Source: Leptospiraceae bacterium
GTDB lineage: Bacteria; Spirochaetota; Leptospiria; Leptospirales; Leptonemataceae
DNA length: 64,000 nt
Direction of reading: 5' to 3'
Assembly (NCBI GenBank): GCA_040217195.1
Contig: JAVJNR010000004.1
Location: 896,001-960,000, forward strand
A program made the position numbers and the translations under genes. Below the pieces are notes generated by a model that was given only the letters and a program-made list of their open reading frames with translations, did not search any database and was not told where the DNA came from. Positions 49,770-60,517 of this stretch are shown here, in pieces (the first letter of the stretch is position 1; every line of letters begins with the position of its first letter).

Positions 49770-51191
49770 CTACAGAAACAGAGTGACGGATAAACCAGCA
49801 TGGAAGGCGGATCCACCATAATCATAGATGGGGTTCTGGGCGGTGGGGTTGGCTTTGAGCTCAGTTCTGGATTTGATTCTCTGGCTTTGGAGGGATAAAT
49901 CCAGAAGAATGGGCGATTTCAGATTTGAGCCAGTATCAGGAATAAAGGCATAGCTTACCCCGGCCGTGTAGCTCACCGTACTTGAATCCATCCAGTTTAC
50001 TTCTTCGGGCATATCCACTGGCAAGGGACTCGGTCTTCGCATATAGCCCAGACGAAAGGACCAGGCCTGGTTCCAGCGATAGTGAATGCCTACTTTGGGT
50101 ACGGAAATATCTTCTAGATAGTAAGGAGTGAAGAATCTCTCTTTGGTTCGGCTCAGTCCATACTTGCTCCATAATTCCCGGGAGACATCCACACTGAATA
50201 AAAGGTTCTCGGTGGCCTGATAGGAAAGTGCATAGGTAAAAGTCCTTGGATGATAGAGATCCAGAACGGCCAGATCGAAGTCAAATTGAATCCCCAGTAA
50301 TGTTGTTTGGGCCCTGGCAGTGAGTGGATCGACAAATAGAAACGTTTCTCTGCGAAAGGAAAAACCAAGACGGATCTTACCCCAGTGGAACATGAGGCCC
50401 AGCGTTTCGTTTGCCTGGGGCTTCAGTTCCAGAATTACCTGCTGGTTTGGAGTAACAGGCTCTGGAGAAATCGGCACGTCCTTTAGCAATATCGCACCCT
50501 GACCTTTGATCAAAGCAGTAAAGCCCAACCCCAGGTACAGATGATCCTTCCAGAGCTCCACTCCCAGGCCACCGAAGATCAATGGTCGGTCGTTGGAAAC
50601 TCCTCTCTGCAAATAACGATGCACCGTTGGATTCAAATCATTGACTGTAGCCAGGTTACCGGATCCAGGAAGAATGAGATTCAGCCCAAAACGAAAGCCT
50701 CTATTCAGATCGTAAACGTTATTCAGGTCCAGGGTCATTCCAAGACCGGCATAGTGATCCTGAATACCGTTGATATCTCCATTGTTCGGAGCGTTGGTAC
50801 CAATGGCAGGTTTTGCATAATTGTATTGAAAGGATACCTCATGACGGTTTGCTTCCGATCGCTTTTTGGGTACATTGTTCAGGCTGTCAGAAAAAATGCT
50901 TTTAGTATCGTTCCAGATATTTCCGAAGCGGTCGGATTGTTGCGCTTGAGCCGGATTATCCAAATTTCGGTTTTCCATATAATGGTACAGAAGATTGCCG
51001 CGAGAAGGGAGCCCCAGACCTGCGGGATTGTAGTAGGTAGCCGAACTGTCGTTTATGAAGGATGATACGGCATTGCCCATACCGGTGGCAAATGGATGAG
51101 CACCATATACATCGGCAAAGTTCCCTGCGTAGATATTAGAGCATAACAACAGAGTGCCCAGAAATGGCACGGCCCGAATCTTTGCGGTCAT
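49770..51191 (-). CDS. FadL/OmpP1/TodX-family outer-membrane channel for hydrophobic compounds
   Basis: Hatch motif GMGNA...DSSATYYNPAGL, beta strands, FRLGY. Confidence 0.85.
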   Translation of the reverse strand: MTAKIRAVPFLGTLLLCSNIYAGNFADVYGAHPFATGMGNAVSSFINDSSATYYNPAGLGLPSRGNLLYHYMENRNLDNPAQAQQSDRFGNIWNDTKSIFSDSLNNVPKKRSEANRHEVSFQYNYAKPAIGTNAPNNGDINGIQDHYAGLGMTLDLNNVYDLNRGFRFGLNLILPGSGNLATVNDLNPTVHRYLQRGVSNDRPLIFGGLGVELWKDHLYLGLGFTALIKGQGAILLKDVPISPEPVTPNQQVILELKPQANETLGLMFHWGKIRLGFSFRRETFLFVDPLTARAQTTLLGIQFDFDLAVLDLYHPRTFTYALSYQATENLLFSVDVSRELWSKYGLSRTKERFFTPYYLEDISVPKVGIHYRWNQAWSFRLGYMRRPSPLPVDMPEEVNWMDSSTVSYTAGVSYAFIPDTGSNLKSPILLDLSLQSQRIKSRTELKANPTAQNPIYDYGGSAFHAGLSVTLFL

Positions 51192-54100
51192 CTGACCTTC
51201 CTGCTAAAGATATAGTTCAACGAATCGAATACAGTATTACCTTCTTCGGTAACATTCCAGTGGTCCTCAAACCAGTAGCCACCTACTCCAGTCTTTCTAC
51301 CTTGAGCCTTTATATCAGCTATTGCTCTGGAAAGTGTACCTGCGGAGTACAGAATATTGTTCGGATCAACGCCTGTGGACTGTATGGTCGGCGAGGCCAG
51401 GAATTCCTCTAACTCAATCAGTATTTCATCAATACCATAGCTACTGCGCATGCGTAGAAGGAAGTAGTCACCAAACGTATCCGGAGCCGCAATGCCTGCC
51501 ATAACACCAACCAGTCCCCGGGCATGGGGAGCTGCCGACCTCAAAAGATTGGGTACATCGCTAGAAAGAACATCTGAAATCAAGTAGCTCTGTGTCACTC
51601 CGTCGGATTCAGTTAACATTACACCAACCAGGTCCAACAAAGAGGAAACCTCTGCCTGAGTCGGTTGAGATTCAATTAGCACCTCCAGCAATCCATCCAC
51701 ATTAGGAATTATGCTGTAGGCGGATTCATTCGAAAGTATATCAAACAGAAATGAAACTGCATCGCTAACACCGTCCCATTCCGCGGATTCCAGATCCGAA
51801 GGTCGATTGTCCGGATAATCGGCCACTTCATCTCGCAGATCTGTAATCACAGTCTCGATATTAAACTGAGCCGGAGTAGGTGCCTCGGAATCCACCTTAA
51901 CTTCGTCCAGGATTTGCAGAAATCCGTTGAGTAACTTGTCCCGTCCGGCCGCTCTTTCGCTTCCTCCAAATTCAGAAAGCATCCCGGTTACATCGGAAAG
52001 AAGATTGGTCTTGCTCATCAGGTTCAATAAACCATCCTGATATCGTCGTTGATCCTCAACCAGAAGACTGACAATGCTGCGAAGATCCGAATCCGGGTAA
52101 TAGTCCGAAGGATCCATAGAAGGGCTACGCACCCCGAAGCTGACCCCGCTTCCATAGATTTGCAGATTATAGACATTGGAGACCCCGGAAACGGGATCGT
52201 TACCCCGACTGAGGTAGGGGCGAACCAGTACCCGGGCCAGATTTGTAAGCAACTTGTACGCGTTCTTATTGGTACCTGAATCGGTCTGGTCATCCAGGGC
52301 TGCAGCCAGTGCTACGATAAGCGGGAGTAGTCGATTTCTGTCAGACCAATATGTTTCAGTCTGAGAGGAAGAAACACTGATTGCGTTTAAGAATCCCATT
52401 CGCTCAAGAGCTGGAGCATTCTTACTAAGCGCTGGCGGTATTAGGCCGGAAAACAATGTGGGTGGCTGAGGGTATAGAATGGAATCGTAAAGCGCACCGT
52501 AGAGCACCTCGTCAGCAAATGCGAAGTTTTGCTGACCGTCCAGTCCGTAGCCCCAGGCCTCCACATACACCACGGAATCGCCTGGAGTATTTGAAAGCAC
52601 TAGATTAGTATCCGCTATCTGCTTAACGTCCGGCTTTATAAAGAAGCCGGATTTTAGCCAGCGGCCATTGTCATCGCGATCGCAGGTATTCAGGCCATAG
52701 TCACAGTACGGTTTTGCATTCATCAGGCCCATTAAACCATTTGCGATGATAGTAATGTAGGTTGCATGCTGGATCTGGCTGGCCCCCAGCCTGGCATGCA
52801 CAGGAATCACCAGAACGAATCTTTTTTCATAGAGAAGCCATTGGAAGTTCTTATAGAACGCTTCTTCCCGGCTGTCCACTTCCCGGCCTGAAATTGCAAT
52901 TTCATTTATTGTATAGGAGGTACCATTTCCTCCTGGATCTTCCACCCCACCAAGTCCAATCTGGTGGGTTCCGGAGCTGGAGCCCAATCGGTCCACGGTG
53001 ATACGATACTCATCTGTATTCCAGGAAGAAAGATAGTTCCCACCGGGACCCATATCGCTGGAATAGTAAGGTCCGTAACCTTCGTATATGACTCGTTTCA
53101 CCCAGTTCAGAACCAGTGGCAGGGTTTGAGAATAGATTGGATCTGCACCGGATTGATTATTTACGTTATTCATTTCCCCTCGACTCTGGCCCTGGAGAAA
53201 CATCAATGCCGGCGCGTTGATATCGAAAAGATAGACAGATCCATTCTTGTAAACCTTACTGTCTGCGCGACTGTCATACAGGAAACGGATTAGACTGAGA
53301 GTATCATCACCGCGAATCTTGGACTGTAGTGCGAATACACTATCGCCCAGAGTAATGACTCCACCTTCCCCGGAATTACTTTGTCCGGTAATGGTAGGTG
53401 TGCTGGACGAAAATGGAGGTGTATTGGCCCATTGATATCCGTAAGTGTCGCCCAGAACAAGCATGAAAAGTAAGCTTTCCAGCGCAGATACACTGTAGCT
53501 GGAGCCATCGCTGTCTCTGTCCAGACCATTCAGATCCAGTTCCATCATCTTACCCAGGGACTCATCCACTCCATCTATGTCGTTGGCGAATCCCAGCTCA
53601 TTCAATCGAATGGACATGGTCTCAAGGATGGGAGTGCTGGAATCCAAAACATACGATGAAGGAGGCTGCAATAGATCCCGGGCACGCTGATAAAGATGAA
53701 CCAGGATATTCTTTAATTCTGCATTCTTGCCAGCACCAAGTGTTGTTTGCGAATAGGCCCACTGGGAATCAAATACATTGGAGCTTTCCATCCCGGTGGC
53801 AGCGGTGTTGTATTCTTCCAGATTTACGATCAGCTGTTTCACCGCATAGTCCGGACTTCTGTAATCCGAAAATCCTGCCCTCTGCCCGAGCATATCGCCC
53901 AGACCTCCGAGCATGGAAACCAGCTTTCGCTTTAAGTAGCGATCACCATTCAATGTCGAATCACCTAGAGCTTCTACGACCTTTTCCAGTCCGTCCCTGG
54001 CGTTAAGATTCTGTATCGTGCTTTTATAGAGAAAGTCTTCTACATCATGTAAAAGGTCAATTGTCTCCGCACTCTCCAAATCGTCGGCCAGTTCATTAAA

Positions 54101-54703
54101 CTCATTTCTTAGTTCGTCATCGCTTTTTTCTCCGTAGAGTTTGTTCAATCCTGCATGACTCAATGGAATGGCTACTGAAAGAAATGGTGCATCCCCCTGG
54201 CGTATTCGCTCCATCAAGGCAAGGGAAGATTCATAGGCCGTGGAATCCTGGGTTCTCAATCGATTAATCAATGTGGAGAATCTAAGGAGCACAGGTCTAA
54301 GAGCGGAATTGGAATTTAGTGCCATCTTCTCCACGGTGCGCAGTCCACCAATGGCAGCGTTGTTATGAAAGGACAGTGAGGCATCCAGCATAACATTAAA
54401 TTCGCCGGGATCAGCCTCAAGAAAGACACTCTTCAGGGCCGGGTAATCGTCCAGCAACGTAAACAGAGTTACGTCAGGACTGGCCAGTCCATCCTGGAAA
54501 AGTGTTCCCTGCCAATCTTTGGAGGTATTCGAACAACTGGCAACAATGCATAGAATTCCCAGGATCAAACTTCGTTGAAACATCGAATAGAATCCGGCGA
54601 TTCCCACCGGCAGGTCGTATCTGAAAGGAGAACTGCCATTTCTTTGATTGCGATGGCCCATCAGGCCCCCCGTTTTATTTCGGTAAGGCTGCATCATGGA
54701 CAA
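51188..54703 (-). CDS. giant (~1170 aa), largely helical lipoprotein of unknown function
   Basis: Lipobox IVASC; start either coupled at 54697 (ATGA overlap) or at 54583; 4-bp overlap with the fadL-like gene. Confidence 0.75.
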   Translation of the reverse strand: MSMMQPYRNKTGGLMGHRNQRNGSSPFRYDLPVGIAGFYSMFQRSLILGILCIVASCSNTSKDWQGTLFQDGLASPDVTLFTLLDDYPALKSVFLEADPGEFNVMLDASLSFHNNAAIGGLRTVEKMALNSNSALRPVLLRFSTLINRLRTQDSTAYESSLALMERIRQGDAPFLSVAIPLSHAGLNKLYGEKSDDELRNEFNELADDLESAETIDLLHDVEDFLYKSTIQNLNARDGLEKVVEALGDSTLNGDRYLKRKLVSMLGGLGDMLGQRAGFSDYRSPDYAVKQLIVNLEEYNTAATGMESSNVFDSQWAYSQTTLGAGKNAELKNILVHLYQRARDLLQPPSSYVLDSSTPILETMSIRLNELGFANDIDGVDESLGKMMELDLNGLDRDSDGSSYSVSALESLLFMLVLGDTYGYQWANTPPFSSSTPTITGQSNSGEGGVITLGDSVFALQSKIRGDDTLSLIRFLYDSRADSKVYKNGSVYLFDINAPALMFLQGQSRGEMNNVNNQSGADPIYSQTLPLVLNWVKRVIYEGYGPYYSSDMGPGGNYLSSWNTDEYRITVDRLGSSSGTHQIGLGGVEDPGGNGTSYTINEIAISGREVDSREEAFYKNFQWLLYEKRFVLVIPVHARLGASQIQHATYITIIANGLMGLMNAKPYCDYGLNTCDRDDNGRWLKSGFFIKPDVKQIADTNLVLSNTPGDSVVYVEAWGYGLDGQQNFAFADEVLYGALYDSILYPQPPTLFSGLIPPALSKNAPALERMGFLNAISVSSSQTETYWSDRNRLLPLIVALAAALDDQTDSGTNKNAYKLLTNLARVLVRPYLSRGNDPVSGVSNVYNLQIYGSGVSFGVRSPSMDPSDYYPDSDLRSIVSLLVEDQRRYQDGLLNLMSKTNLLSDVTGMLSEFGGSERAAGRDKLLNGFLQILDEVKVDSEAPTPAQFNIETVITDLRDEVADYPDNRPSDLESAEWDGVSDAVSFLFDILSNESAYSIIPNVDGLLEVLIESQPTQAEVSSLLDLVGVMLTESDGVTQSYLISDVLSSDVPNLLRSAAPHARGLVGVMAGIAAPDTFGDYFLLRMRSSYGIDEILIELEEFLASPTIQSTGVDPNNILYSAGTLSRAIADIKAQGRKTGVGGYWFEDHWNVTEEGNTVFDSLNYIFSRKVR

Positions 54704-57660
54704 CCAATCACATCGCCCTTATCTGATGTCATAGCTTCCAGCCGTGCAAACAGATAGGGATTAGTCTCATTGGATGGAATGGGAAGTGTTTCCACCCGAA
54801 TTACATTTCGATCAAGATTGAGCCAGCATGCTCCGCTTGCAGTTCGCAGTCCGTTGGCCAGAGACGTGGAAAGAGGGATCTGTTTTGCCAGGGGCACTTC
54901 GTATAGGATGTTGTTCAGAAGCGGTACAACCAGGCTTTTCACCAGGGGATCCACCACCCGGTAGATCTTTTCAGGATCCAGTCCATAGGGATTGTTGGCC
55001 GGGCCTTCCAGAACTTCTACAATGTAGTACATGTTATTGGGATCTATTTGGATCTGTAAGGCCGTTGTATTGGCAAACGTCGGGTTTCCGGTAGGATTGG
55101 AAAAGGCCAGCAAATCTGCAGATCCACTGGCAGTAAGGCTTGTGCGAAGCCTGGTAATAGTGTAAGTGGTGCCGTTGCTTTTCTTTCCTTTGATAATGAG
55201 CTCCATATCACCAAAATCCAGAGTCAGTCCGGGCTTCTCCGTACCGGGCCCTCCTGAAAGTGGAGCAAATCGCACTACAGGAGCCAGCACTGGATTGACC
55301 TGGATTATTACATCATCATCCGAATCTATAATGAAAGGATTGTTACTACCATCCAATCCGGTGATCGTATCTTTTCCGGGTGCCAGAACAGTAACCAGAG
55401 TTCCTACCTTTAGTAAATCGTCGGTAAGCTGACGCAGAGGGTCGGTTCCTGCATAGGTATTGATTTGATTGATGAAAGCTGCATCAATGGAAAGACTCAG
55501 CGCGCCTACCTGCCAGAGAGAAAACATAGCCTGGTTCAATGCATCGCTATGCAAAGCCAGAAGCAATCCGGGTTTGGCAGCACTCTGGGAGAAAGGGTAA
55601 CTCCAGGAAGGTGCAGCACTGCGATATACATTAAAGCTATTTGTTCCCAGCATCGCGGAAGGAGCATTTGGATTGGCCGGAGACATGGTTGCGGTTATTC
55701 CTGTACCGGCGTCGGCCACCAGCCCCTTATTGGCCCCGCTAACTCTGGCCTGCAATCCCTGCTCCACCTTCAATTTCATACGTAGCTCTGTATTACTCAA
55801 AGGTGCCGGCAAATGAGATGGCAGAGGGATAGGCAAACCTGGATCCTGTAGATTATCCAGAATGGCATTGATTACATTGGGTGCAATTTGCTCGATTACA
55901 TCCTGCAAAATGGATTGTACAATTTGAGGCTGAATAATTGGAGTAATATTATTTGCAATTCCAGTCGCGATGGATGCGATCAAGTCTCCGATAAATCCCC
56001 AGCTAAAAATACCTGCAGTACTGGCTTTCGCATCCAGATTGATGACAGAAATATCATTGGTCCAGGGTGACATGTGAAAACGTCTGGGGTCTCCGGCTAC
56101 CTCATCCGGATCTGAAAGGCTGAAGAATGGATCATCGGTTTCGAAGGGAGTCTTTATCGAAAATGCCATTTGACCATTGGTATCTGTGGTCGGTATTACT
56201 CTGGCACGGGAAAGCTTGCGATTTCCGGGGCTACCATCGTAATCCATAACGGCCTGCGCTGTGAATACAATCTTATCGTCATCTCCGAGGACAACGGCAA
56301 GAAGACAAAAACCACAAACGTCCGAGAGTTTGGATACCAGTACCAGATCCAGGGCCACCTGGTGGCCATTAATATCGGCTCCCAGTCCTGGATTACCATT
56401 GTCATAGGCAGCCAGGTTGGCATCCACGTTGGGCACACTACTTCCTACCGTCGGATTTACAGTCATAGACTTCACATAAACATCGATGGTAAAGTCCGCA
56501 GAGCCCAGGCCCGTTCCATAGTTATTAATAAAGAATCCGCAGTAACCGTAGCCTTCGGAGTAAGCTCCGGTGCCATTCCCATAACTGCGAATATATTCGA
56601 ATGCATGATAGGAAGAAGGATTTTCGCCGGAGTCTATGTTTGTGGTATCAATACAGTCTGGACGCCTGGTAGTGCTGGTTCGCTCGCTGGCAAAGTCATT
56701 AAACGTTTTATTCGTTACTTTGAAATCGGCCAGAGCGAAGCGCTCAAAGATTCGGGAAAGAACTTCCATCATATGAGCATTATCCAGGATAGCCGCGCCA
56801 ACCTCCGATTGGATGCCACCCGGATTAGCAGAAAAAATGCCGTAGTTAAACGTGAGCTGCTTGTAATATTTCTTACCGTTGGGAAGTTCTAACTCATAAT
56901 AATACGGATTTCCGCCATTGGATGGAGCCAGCGCTCCAGACGATAGAGTCGTTGAAAAGGTGTCCGTAGAACAACCACCGGAGCAGAGAGTAATGCTATT
57001 ACCGTCCAGACTGGAAAGTTTCAGACTTTCTACCTTATCATGATTGGCCAGTACAGAAACCAGAGTTACAGTGGGATGACTTCCCTGACTTAGAGAGACA
57101 CCCTGTCCACCCAGGGGAATTCCATTCACCGCATGTGTCATGGAAAAGGTAGGCTCCGTTTGAATGGTAAACGTTCTTGAATCTACCACCAGAGAATCTC
57201 CCTGCTCGGTAGTGGCTCCGGTACCAAAGAGAATTTGATACCCCTCATCTTCTTCCAGTTCCTTGTAGGGATCAAAAATGACCTTTCGGGGAGACACCCA
57301 TCTGAACGTGCCTCCGGCCCCCGGGCCAGGAATGGGAACTCCCCCGCTGTCTACTACCTGCATGGAGGACTCAACCGAGGAAAGGTCCATACGCTCCGAG
57401 AAACTGAACTCCAGATTCGCGTACCGATTCACAGAAGCGGGATCTGTCATCAGGAAGGCTTCCGGCCCATCGGAACCGAAATCTCCAGGTAGAGTTACCT
57501 GAGGTTCCGGTTCATTGGGCACCACCGGCGTTTGCACATTGTTCGCAGAGGAATCGCTGGCAAAAGGAAGGATGGGTACAGACTCACCGTCTGTGTTTTT
57601 CTTACACCATGTCAGTAATAGGCACGATAAAAGGATGTGCCCCAGTAAATAAAATCGCAT
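54694..57660 (-). CDS. lipoprotein with N-terminal Ig-like (Big_5) domain and possible BPI/LBP-like C-terminal region
   Basis: Lipobox LLTWC; FSERMDLSSV...F.W...VIFDP Big_5 pattern; C-terminal LLLALHSDALNQAMFSLWQVGAL. Confidence 0.72.
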   Translation of the reverse strand: MRFYLLGHILLSCLLLTWCKKNTDGESVPILPFASDSSANNVQTPVVPNEPEPQVTLPGDFGSDGPEAFLMTDPASVNRYANLEFSFSERMDLSSVESSMQVVDSGGVPIPGPGAGGTFRWVSPRKVIFDPYKELEEDEGYQILFGTGATTEQGDSLVVDSRTFTIQTEPTFSMTHAVNGIPLGGQGVSLSQGSHPTVTLVSVLANHDKVESLKLSSLDGNSITLCSGGCSTDTFSTTLSSGALAPSNGGNPYYYELELPNGKKYYKQLTFNYGIFSANPGGIQSEVGAAILDNAHMMEVLSRIFERFALADFKVTNKTFNDFASERTSTTRRPDCIDTTNIDSGENPSSYHAFEYIRSYGNGTGAYSEGYGYCGFFINNYGTGLGSADFTIDVYVKSMTVNPTVGSSVPNVDANLAAYDNGNPGLGADINGHQVALDLVLVSKLSDVCGFCLLAVVLGDDDKIVFTAQAVMDYDGSPGNRKLSRARVIPTTDTNGQMAFSIKTPFETDDPFFSLSDPDEVAGDPRRFHMSPWTNDISVINLDAKASTAGIFSWGFIGDLIASIATGIANNITPIIQPQIVQSILQDVIEQIAPNVINAILDNLQDPGLPIPLPSHLPAPLSNTELRMKLKVEQGLQARVSGANKGLVADAGTGITATMSPANPNAPSAMLGTNSFNVYRSAAPSWSYPFSQSAAKPGLLLALHSDALNQAMFSLWQVGALSLSIDAAFINQINTYAGTDPLRQLTDDLLKVGTLVTVLAPGKDTITGLDGSNNPFIIDSDDDVIIQVNPVLAPVVRFAPLSGGPGTEKPGLTLDFGDMELIIKGKKSNGTTYTITRLRTSLTASGSADLLAFSNPTGNPTFANTTALQIQIDPNNMYYIVEVLEGPANNPYGLDPEKIYRVVDPLVKSLVVPLLNNILYEVPLAKQIPLSTSLANGLRTASGACWLNLDRNVIRVETLPIPSNETNPYLFARLEAMTSDKGDVIGCP

Positions 57661-57949
57661 GAACCTGCTCCGATCGGGGGAGGCTGCGGCTTCTATATTT
57701 ATTGTTCCAAATCCGCAAATTGATTTGGTGCCACAGCTTTATTAAAGAAAAGTCGGCTCCTGAATTGACTTTGTCAATAAAGTACAACCCTGGACCTTTG
57801 TTCTTCTGGTTCCGATACAATCGAAGCCTACCGCTAACTGGCCGGCCAGTCAATAATTTTTTATCCGGAGAAGACTGGGCCTGGTCGATTTTTTGTCGCA
57901 GGCTGAATAGGTAAGGGCTCACCTTGGCCCTGGACTGTGCTCAAACTCC

Positions 57950-58978
57950 ATGGATGGACCTAGAATAGAAAGAGAGATCGTTCAGCCAGTGGACCTCTGC
58001 CTGGATAACGGTAAGCTAAACCAGGATGCCGTGGGCTTCAGTCGCAGCCCACTTCAGAATTGCAAGATTCCTGGACATTGGCCTCGAAAGAAGCGCTGGA
58101 ACTACTGGTGCATTTATGATTCCAAATTTTTGATCAGCCTCACTGTTTCCAATCTGGATTATGCCGGTGTTTGCTTCGTTTACTGGTTGGAGAGATCAAG
58201 GGATCGCTTTGAAGAGTACACTGATATTGCACTACTTGGAAATGGTATCCAGCAGGGGGACCTGGTAGAAGACCCGGCCGGATTCAAATCTTCAGGCATG
58301 GAGCTAATCTTCCAGCAGGAGCCGGGTGCCAGCGATTGGCAGCTTCAAGGCCAGGTAAAAAAGAAGGGCAATCCCATTGTTTCCACCGATCTCCGGATAG
58401 AAAATCCAGATTCAATGGATAGCCTGAATGTAGTTGTTCCATGGAACCTGTCTGAGTTTCAATTTACCTCAAAACGAATAGGCCTTCGAGCATCGGGTAC
58501 CATAGAATGCTCGGCCGGGACGCATACCTTTGATCCAGACACCAGTGTAGCTGTTCTGGACTTTGGTCGGGGAGTCTGGCCCTATAGCAGCGTCTGGAAC
58601 TGGGCCTGCGGCACCATGCGAAAAGGGAATCGAAATATATCCTTCAATCTGGGTGCTGGCTGGACCGACGGCACCCCGTCCACGGAAAACGGAGTCCTTG
58701 TGGATGGAGTGCTTCATAAGATCGGCGAAGATGTTCGTTTCGAATTTGATTCCACTAATTTCAGACGTCCCTGGAGAATTTATACTCAAAACAGCGATGC
58801 CATCAATCTGACCTTAACCACTGAGTACGAAAGAGTGGCCAAATCCAATCTTCTCCTGGTTAATTCAGAAGTTCATCAACTCATTGGAAAATTCTCCGGC
58901 ACCGTTCATGTAGGCGGCGAAACAATTCGTATTTCGGGAGCAAGCGGATGGGCCGAGGATCATAAGGCTCGCTGGTAA
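57950..58978 (+). CDS. DUF2804-family protein
   Basis: KKRWNYW, LDFGRGVWPY...WNWA, NLGAGWTD, ENG and EDHKARW C-terminus. Confidence 0.82.
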   Translation: MDGPRIEREIVQPVDLCLDNGKLNQDAVGFSRSPLQNCKIPGHWPRKKRWNYWCIYDSKFLISLTVSNLDYAGVCFVYWLERSRDRFEEYTDIALLGNGIQQGDLVEDPAGFKSSGMELIFQQEPGASDWQLQGQVKKKGNPIVSTDLRIENPDSMDSLNVVVPWNLSEFQFTSKRIGLRASGTIECSAGTHTFDPDTSVAVLDFGRGVWPYSSVWNWACGTMRKGNRNISFNLGAGWTDGTPSTENGVLVDGVLHKIGEDVRFEFDSTNFRRPWRIYTQNSDAINLTLTTEYERVAKSNLLLVNSEVHQLIGKFSGTVHVGGETIRISGASGWAEDHKARW

Positions 58979-59006
58979 ATTGGTTGTCCAGAGAAGCCAA
59001 CAGACT

Positions 59007-60074
59007 TCATTTTCCGTAATCCACAAGAAAGACCTGCACTCTTCCATCCAGCATGACTCGAGCCGGACTACGATCCAATTGAGTGAAATACTTTCGCATA
59101 TGAAAATGCAGCATATCCTCTGCTGATTGATCTATCATTTGCAGGGAAGTAGCGATTAATCTAAGTGGTCCAAATTTAACAAATCTACCAGCTGCATATA
59201 GATAATGGATGGCGGAGGGCTCCGGAAGCAGATATGGCAGGGAAGCCGGCAATGGATTTCCTTTCATTTTCAGTGCCAGCCCGGAATGATTCAGCTCCAA
59301 TGAGTCTATATGCGCGAATACGGCTGGCGATGGAAACAAACCGGAAAGTCGAATCAAAATTCTGTTTCCCTGAACAGTAACGCCAGAACCATCAGCAGGT
59401 ACGATCAACGATTCCAGATCCATCCCAACAGTACCCATCAATCCCTGAACAAAAGGCAGGCCCAGGGATGTAATCTTTACGGCCTCTACTTCCAGGATTC
59501 CAGGATCATCTGCCAGTCCAATGCGAGCTTCCATTTCGAAATCAAGAAAGGTTACCAGCTCCAGTTCTCCCCTGATTCGCAACGACGGCCCCCGGGACGA
59601 GTTCACGGAATCGATTACCATGTTGCGAACATGAGAGTCTGGATGACCAAAGACATTCTCATTTAGAATATGTTCGAGCACCGAGTAATTTACCTGCACG
59701 GAGGCTTGCTGCATGTGAATTTCCAGGTTGTCCGGCGCATCAAAATCCACCAGACCGTCGGAAGTCAGTGATTTCAGAAGAACGTTGGCCTTTTCGATAT
59801 CCACATAGATTGAATCTGTCCAGTAGAAGCGAACTCCTCTTAAGAACAAACGTGCGAATCCGGCCGGGGGAAGACTTGCAGTCTGAGATCCGGAATTTGG
59901 TTTTCCAGATTCTGAAGTGGGAGATTTCTTTTCTCGGTTACGCTCCAGGTCCGCCAGTGCTGCATTAATAGCCCTGGAATTCAGGGTTTGCTCAAATAAT
60001 GCAGTGCGAATCCCTAGAAAAACATTCAATCCCAGAGAAAGCAGAAGCAAAACGATGTAGATAGTCCGTGCCAA
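59007..60074 (-). CDS. membrane-anchored hypothetical protein, possibly LmeA/DUF2993-like lipid-binding fold
   Basis: N-terminal TM anchor then a long beta-rich region with a long helix. Confidence 0.5.
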   Translation of the reverse strand: MARTIYIVLLLLSLGLNVFLGIRTALFEQTLNSRAINAALADLERNREKKSPTSESGKPNSGSQTASLPPAGFARLFLRGVRFYWTDSIYVDIEKANVLLKSLTSDGLVDFDAPDNLEIHMQQASVQVNYSVLEHILNENVFGHPDSHVRNMVIDSVNSSRGPSLRIRGELELVTFLDFEMEARIGLADDPGILEVEAVKITSLGLPFVQGLMGTVGMDLESLIVPADGSGVTVQGNRILIRLSGLFPSPAVFAHIDSLELNHSGLALKMKGNPLPASLPYLLPEPSAIHYLYAAGRFVKFGPLRLIATSLQMIDQSAEDMLHFHMRKYFTQLDRSPARVMLDGRVQVFLVDYGK

Positions 60075-60090
60075 AGCATGGAGTCCTGAA

Positions 60091-60471
60091 CTAATCCGGA
60101 TTATTTGTGCGAGCCGTTAATTCAGCCACACTGCGAAACCAGCTTTCGAAATCATCGAATTTGCGGTAGGGAGGTTCACCTTTCAGAAGCACGAATACAC
60201 CCGGATCGGAACCATCTGACTTGAATCCGAACTCATCATCGTTCCAGCGGGCAAATACGGAAAATCCAGGATGCTCTGGAATTTCTTTCAGCGGATGGAA
60301 ATAGAAATTTGCAATTTCATAAGTCCCGGCTGTGAGTATCTGGCGAAATCCCGCCGATAGTTTCAGGTCATGATCCTTTTCCCACTGGTCCAGATCCCGG
60401 TCCGTGAAGGTGGGCCTGGGATCGAACCGGCCAGCGGATTTCATTTTCTCGATAATGTCTTCAAATGCCAT
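60091..60471 (-). CDS. SMI1/KNR4 (SUKH)-family protein
   Basis: DLDQWEK...LKLSAGFRQIL N-terminal pattern and FDDFESWF C-terminal motif. Confidence 0.6.
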   Translation of the reverse strand: MAFEDIIEKMKSAGRFDPRPTFTDRDLDQWEKDHDLKLSAGFRQILTAGTYEIANFYFHPLKEIPEHPGFSVFARWNDDEFGFKSDGSDPGVFVLLKGEPPYRKFDDFESWFRSVAELTARTNNPD

Positions 60472-60517
60472 GGTTCTTACAATCGGAACGCAAACGAACT
60501 GTCCAGTTAAATTGGTT

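Noticed and set aside
56170..56892. 240-aa plus-strand ORF and other long shadow ORFs (e.g. 50541-51065, 60863-61399, 48927-49394)
   Set aside because: They lie fully antisense to well-supported genes and carry no recognisable motifs.
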